Of a DNA stretch of 64,000 nucleotides, positions 60,478 through 64,000 are shown in pieces. The notes beneath the pieces were generated by a model that worked only from the letters and a program-made list of their open reading frames with translations, was not told the origin of the DNA and made no database searches. Source of the DNA: a virus (lineage: Duplodnaviria > Caudoviricetes); the IMG/VR virus record IMGVR_UViG_3300020029_000569, positions 28,207 through 92,206 of that record. One strand, 5' to 3'. Within the stretch, counting starts at the first letter, position 1, and every line of letters starts with the position of its first letter. The translations under genes and the position numbers were made by a program.

Positions 60478-60519
60478 AGTATTATAGTTTTATAGTTTTA
60501 TTGAGTGATTATGTTTAAT

Positions 60520-60867
60520 TTATGCCCAAAGTTTTTTGGCTGTTTCGACTTTCTTAGTCAAGTCGTTGACCTCTTTTTTTGCATACGACATACTAAAAGA
60601 GTGTTCTTGTTTGCGTTCTCCGCTTTTATATTGTCGGTGCAGTTCGGTTGCCTTTGTCTTTAATTGCAGGTGTATTTTAGCCAATTTAAGGGCTGCCTTA
60701 GTCTTGAATACCCTAACAGATGCAATTCCCCTTTTTACGGTTGTTTCTACTTTTTTAGGGCTGTGGATAATAATATACCCCAATGAGGTAACACCTTGCA
60801 ATTTTCGTTTAATGTTCTGCGGTTTTACCGTTGTCTTAACTGAGTTTTTAATTTTTAAAAGTTTCAT
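60520..60867 (-). CDS. Chimeric ORF carrying a copy of the DUF3560 protein's C-terminus
   Basis: Last ~40 aa nearly identical to those of 61958..62650. Confidence 0.55.
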   Translation of the reverse strand: MKLLKIKNSVKTTVKPQNIKRKLQGVTSLGYIIIHSPKKVETTVKRGIASVRVFKTKAALKLAKIHLQLKTKATELHRQYKSGERKQEHSFSMSYAKKEVNDLTKKVETAKKLWA

Positions 60868-60937
60868 GTTTTGTTGAGTTTAAATATTAGTAATTTATTA
60901 AAATATAAATAGTTTATGAGAGTGAATTAATGGCGGG

Positions 60938-61228
60938 TTAAGCGATTTCGATTTGTACCATGTAGCCCGTGCAGTTATGCCTGACTTCTTTTGCCATTTC
61001 GCTGTACCTGCTTTGCTTTGTCTTATAAATTGAAACTTGCGTTCTTTTTGATACGTTCTCATATCTGTAAATCTCTCCTTTATGCAAAGTGTTCATGTGC
61101 GGTGTTTTTGTACCATTCATCAGTTTTGCGCAATCGTTGTAAATAATACCGTTATTTGGTAATTGTGCGCATAAAAATTGAATTGCTGCGCGTTTAGTAT
61201 TAAATTCTTGATTAATTTTAGTTGCCAT
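60938..61228 (-). CDS. Hypothetical protein
   Basis: 96-aa ORF. Confidence 0.55.
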   Translation of the reverse strand: MATKINQEFNTKRAAIQFLCAQLPNNGIIYNDCAKLMNGTKTPHMNTLHKGEIYRYENVSKRTQVSIYKTKQSRYSEMAKEVRHNCTGYMVQIEIA

Positions 61229-61352
61229 AAAATAATTGGTGTTTTGTTAAGTGTTAAAAAAATGATTGTGAAAAAATAGTAGGTATTTATGCGAGTGGGG
61301 TTAATTGATCGTATTTTACTATTTCGTATATCATTGTCTTTGAGTTTAGGAG

Positions 61353-61754
61353 TTATTTAATAATGTTTATGATAGTTTCTTTTACAGTTTTGCAGGTTAT
61401 ATGTTCGTATTCAGCGTATAGTTGCTCCTCTGCTTCGGGCAATGTCTTTGCGGTGTATGATGCAGTAATACTGTAAAATTTACCATCTGCGCCCACCGTG
61501 CGCCCGTTGAACTTAAATGTAAACTTTGTATTTGCTATTTTATTAGCTGAAAACATCTCGTTAAGGTGCTTTTTACTGCATACTTTCAAACGTCTATTCC
61601 AATACTCATATATTTTGATCTCTGAGTTTTTGGTTTCTTCATTGGCTAATACTGCCGGAATGTCTTTAAGGTTGCAAAAAATATCAAAAGAGTTCCCGAA
61701 GCCTTGAGACTGTATTAAAAATTTTCGTTGGTTGTTATCTATTGTAGTTATCAT
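61353..61754 (-). CDS. Hypothetical protein
   Basis: 133-aa ORF. Confidence 0.55.
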   Translation of the reverse strand: MITTIDNNQRKFLIQSQGFGNSFDIFCNLKDIPAVLANEETKNSEIKIYEYWNRRLKVCSKKHLNEMFSANKIANTKFTFKFNGRTVGADGKFYSITASYTAKTLPEAEEQLYAEYEHITCKTVKETIINIIK

Positions 61755-61957
61755 GGTATTATATTGTTTTATGATTGTGATTAAAATGTAGTAGGTTATT
61801 CACGTTCCTTTATACTTCACTGAATAGGGGTTTATTCTCGTAACTCATAACGCCCCCTATATTGCCGTCTTTGCCATCATTGTGCCATAAATGGCCCTGT
61901 ATTTCTGTCTTTATATCTTCCGGCAAAGTAAAATCAATATGCCCCTTTGCTAACATA

Positions 61958-62650
61958 TTATGCCCAAAGTTTTTTGGCTGTTTCTAATTTCTTTGTCAAT
62001 TCGTTAACGTCTTTTTTAGCATAACTCATACTAAATGAGTGTTCCTGTTTTCGTTCTCCGCATTTGTATTGTCGGTGCAATTCTATTGCCTCCTCAAGTT
62101 TGAACTCAAAATACTCTATACTTTCAGGAAGTGACAAATCTATTTTATTCGCCATCTTTTCCCAATATTGCGCCCTGCTTTCATATCCTTCTACTTTTTT
62201 GCCTTCTTCAACACTTTTGTGCATACGGTTGTGGTTTCTTTCAATTAAAGCTCTATGTCTTTTTTCGCTGTGGTGTCCTATCTTAATAGGTTCCCCCAAA
62301 CTTAAAAAGTCTTTGCCCTCGTCTGCTGCTGCCCAAAGTTCGTTACTCCTTTTTTCTGCATTAGCCGCCCAACCTTGTAATCGTTCCGCTTTTGCCTTTG
62401 CCCTTTCCTGTGAATTAAAGCCGTCAGTACGGGTAATTGAATAGTAATAGCTCCCATCTTTGCCCCGTCCCACAAAATTGTGTACATAACATTCATGCTC
62501 TTTGCCGTATTGAGTAGTTAATGTTATTACCTCGTCTTTTTGGTGTTGCTCGGTGCATTTTGCTACCCATACATTGGGGCAATATTTCGCATAAGTATTA
62601 ACGCCTGTTTGTGTTGCTGTGCCGTCTATGGCTGTTGAGTTGTTGTTCAT
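61958..62650 (-). CDS. DUF3560-domain protein
   Basis: NTYAKYCPNVWVAKC start; LGEPIKIGHHSEKRHR. Confidence 0.85.
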   Translation of the reverse strand: MNNNSTAIDGTATQTGVNTYAKYCPNVWVAKCTEQHQKDEVITLTTQYGKEHECYVHNFVGRGKDGSYYYSITRTDGFNSQERAKAKAERLQGWAANAEKRSNELWAAADEGKDFLSLGEPIKIGHHSEKRHRALIERNHNRMHKSVEEGKKVEGYESRAQYWEKMANKIDLSLPESIEYFEFKLEEAIELHRQYKCGERKQEHSFSMSYAKKDVNELTKKLETAKKLWA

Positions 62651-62736
62651 GTTGTTAAGTTTTTTTATTTGTGATTGTGAAGTGATTAAATAGTAATTGA
62701 GTGATTGTTATATATTAGTATGGTTATGGTAGTGGC

Positions 62737-63039
62737 TTAATCTTCTATAATCATCTCGTCTTGGATATTATTTGCAGCGATCCACAGTATGCGCTCTAAA
62801 TTTGCTTGATGGTCTTGCAATTCGTCCATATCCCAAGCGCCGTACTGTTGTAATTCCTTTATAAGTTGGTGACTCCCAATTTTATTTAATTGGCTGATTA
62901 TTTCAGGTAGTTGCATACACATTTTTACATCGTTGTCACATTGGCCCGAATGCGAGCAGGCGTTAACTATATTCAATGTAAGTGTAATACAGTCAATGTA
63001 GTTGAAATAAGCGGTAAATGTTTGATTTTTAGTTGCCAT
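62737..63039 (-). CDS. Hypothetical phage protein
   Basis: 100 aa; CSHSGQCD..ELQQYGAWD..NLERILWIAA. Confidence 0.65.
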   Translation of the reverse strand: MATKNQTFTAYFNYIDCITLTLNIVNACSHSGQCDNDVKMCMQLPEIISQLNKIGSHQLIKELQQYGAWDMDELQDHQANLERILWIAANNIQDEMIIED

Positions 63040-64000
63040 GTTTGTTAAGTTTAAAAAGTGAATAATGTTTGTTATTTGTTTATCAGGTGTGAAGATAGTA
63101 ACAATATCTGTAATAGCAAAATAAATATAAGAATATTGTACATTTTGCGATGAATCTATTTATTTTGTCGGTGAATAAATGAAAATGTACATTAATTCAT
63201 TCAAATGCCTATAATATTATTTTACATTTAATTATTCCAATTTCCCCCAACTATTTTTATAATTTTCTATAAATGTCGCTATTTTGTCGCTACTCTCCCT
63301 CCCCCTATTTCACCCACCACCAGCAGCAGTTAAACCACTGTGATCCGCCCCCACAGAACACCCCACACAGCAAAGTATAACCGCCACCAAACGCCATTGA
63401 AATCATAGCACCCTACCTACAACACAGCAACGGCAATACATACGGGCATACCTATACGAGATCACAGGCAAGTAAAAAAATAAAAAAAAGATACCTTAGT
63501 TTATAGGCTAAAGCGCAAAAAGGAAAGTGAAAACCCGACACAAACCCCGCCCCGTTACGCATATACGCCTCGTCTTGCTTTTAAATGTTTCTATTTTTTC
63601 TATTTTGGGTGTTAGTTATGTGTTCTTTGTGGTTATTGGTTGGTGTTGTTTTTTGTGGGTATAAGTGGGGTGTTTATGTGTATAGTGTGTGGATAAGCAT
63701 AATTGGGGTTTATTTGGGTGTTTTATAAAAATAAAGGGTTGATTTTGGGGTATTTTTGGGTGTTCAATTGGCAATATCAACGAAATATCTTTTAGGGCTT
63801 TAAAATGCTCCCAATAACTGTATTGTAATATTTCGATCTTTATTGTCATTTTTTAAGGTTTAATATGTATAAATTATAAACCCAAATTTAGGATAAATGC
63901 TTTTCATTTCAAGTTCTCCCGATTCAAGCAACGATGTGACAAATCCAATACAAGCAACATCAATTTGCCTTTTAGTCATTTGGTTGTTCATTGCCATTTG

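Larger units (their letters stand above)
55650..61340 (-). promoter_or_regulatory. Repeated AAGACA-ATG start motif (11 copies counted)
   Basis: CATTGTCTT on + strand at 55650, 55928, 56193, 56695, 56897, 57415, 57791, 58077, 58277, 58980, 61332. Confidence 0.75.

Noticed and set aside
63616-63849. 77-aa ORF as an intact gene
   Set aside because: Its C-terminal half is translated low-complexity sequence (H/K/P/T-rich); more likely a truncated remnant.
1-64000. Stop-codon reassignment as seen in some crAss-like phages
   Set aside because: Genes up to 9.7 kb are open in the standard code and pack tightly; TAG and TGA end genes at sensible junctions.

Overview
This window is about 64 kb of an AT-rich tailed bacteriophage with a crAss-like (podovirus-type) gene layout. 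Recurrent TAnnTTTG promoter boxes point to a Bacteroidota host. 0.9-34 kb holds a Cys-rich virion module: scaffold-like protein, major capsid protein, tail ring/stabilisation proteins, three ejection-type proteins (one with an M15-type peptidase motif, one of 3230 aa) and an oppositely oriented portal gene. 34.6-36.9 kb holds an IS1595-family transposase with small regulators and a candidate structured ncRNA. 36.9-42 kb holds a fibre-like protein with a signal peptide, an HNH endonuclease and small membrane/lysis-type genes. 43-53.5 kb is a rightward accessory operon and 53.6-63 kb a leftward cluster of small early-type genes. The most striking feature is an integron-like cassette array at 46.4-53.2 kb. 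Eight attC-like TAAC...GTTA hairpins delimit eight cassettes whose 5' and 3' ends are complementary to each other. Four cassettes encode DNA methyltransferases, some start codons lie inside the upstream hairpin, and a GIY-YIG endonuclease gene sits in the loop of the first hairpin. No integrase, terminase large subunit or DNA polymerase is recognisable in the window. Product calls come from motifs, size and synteny only; no database searches were run.
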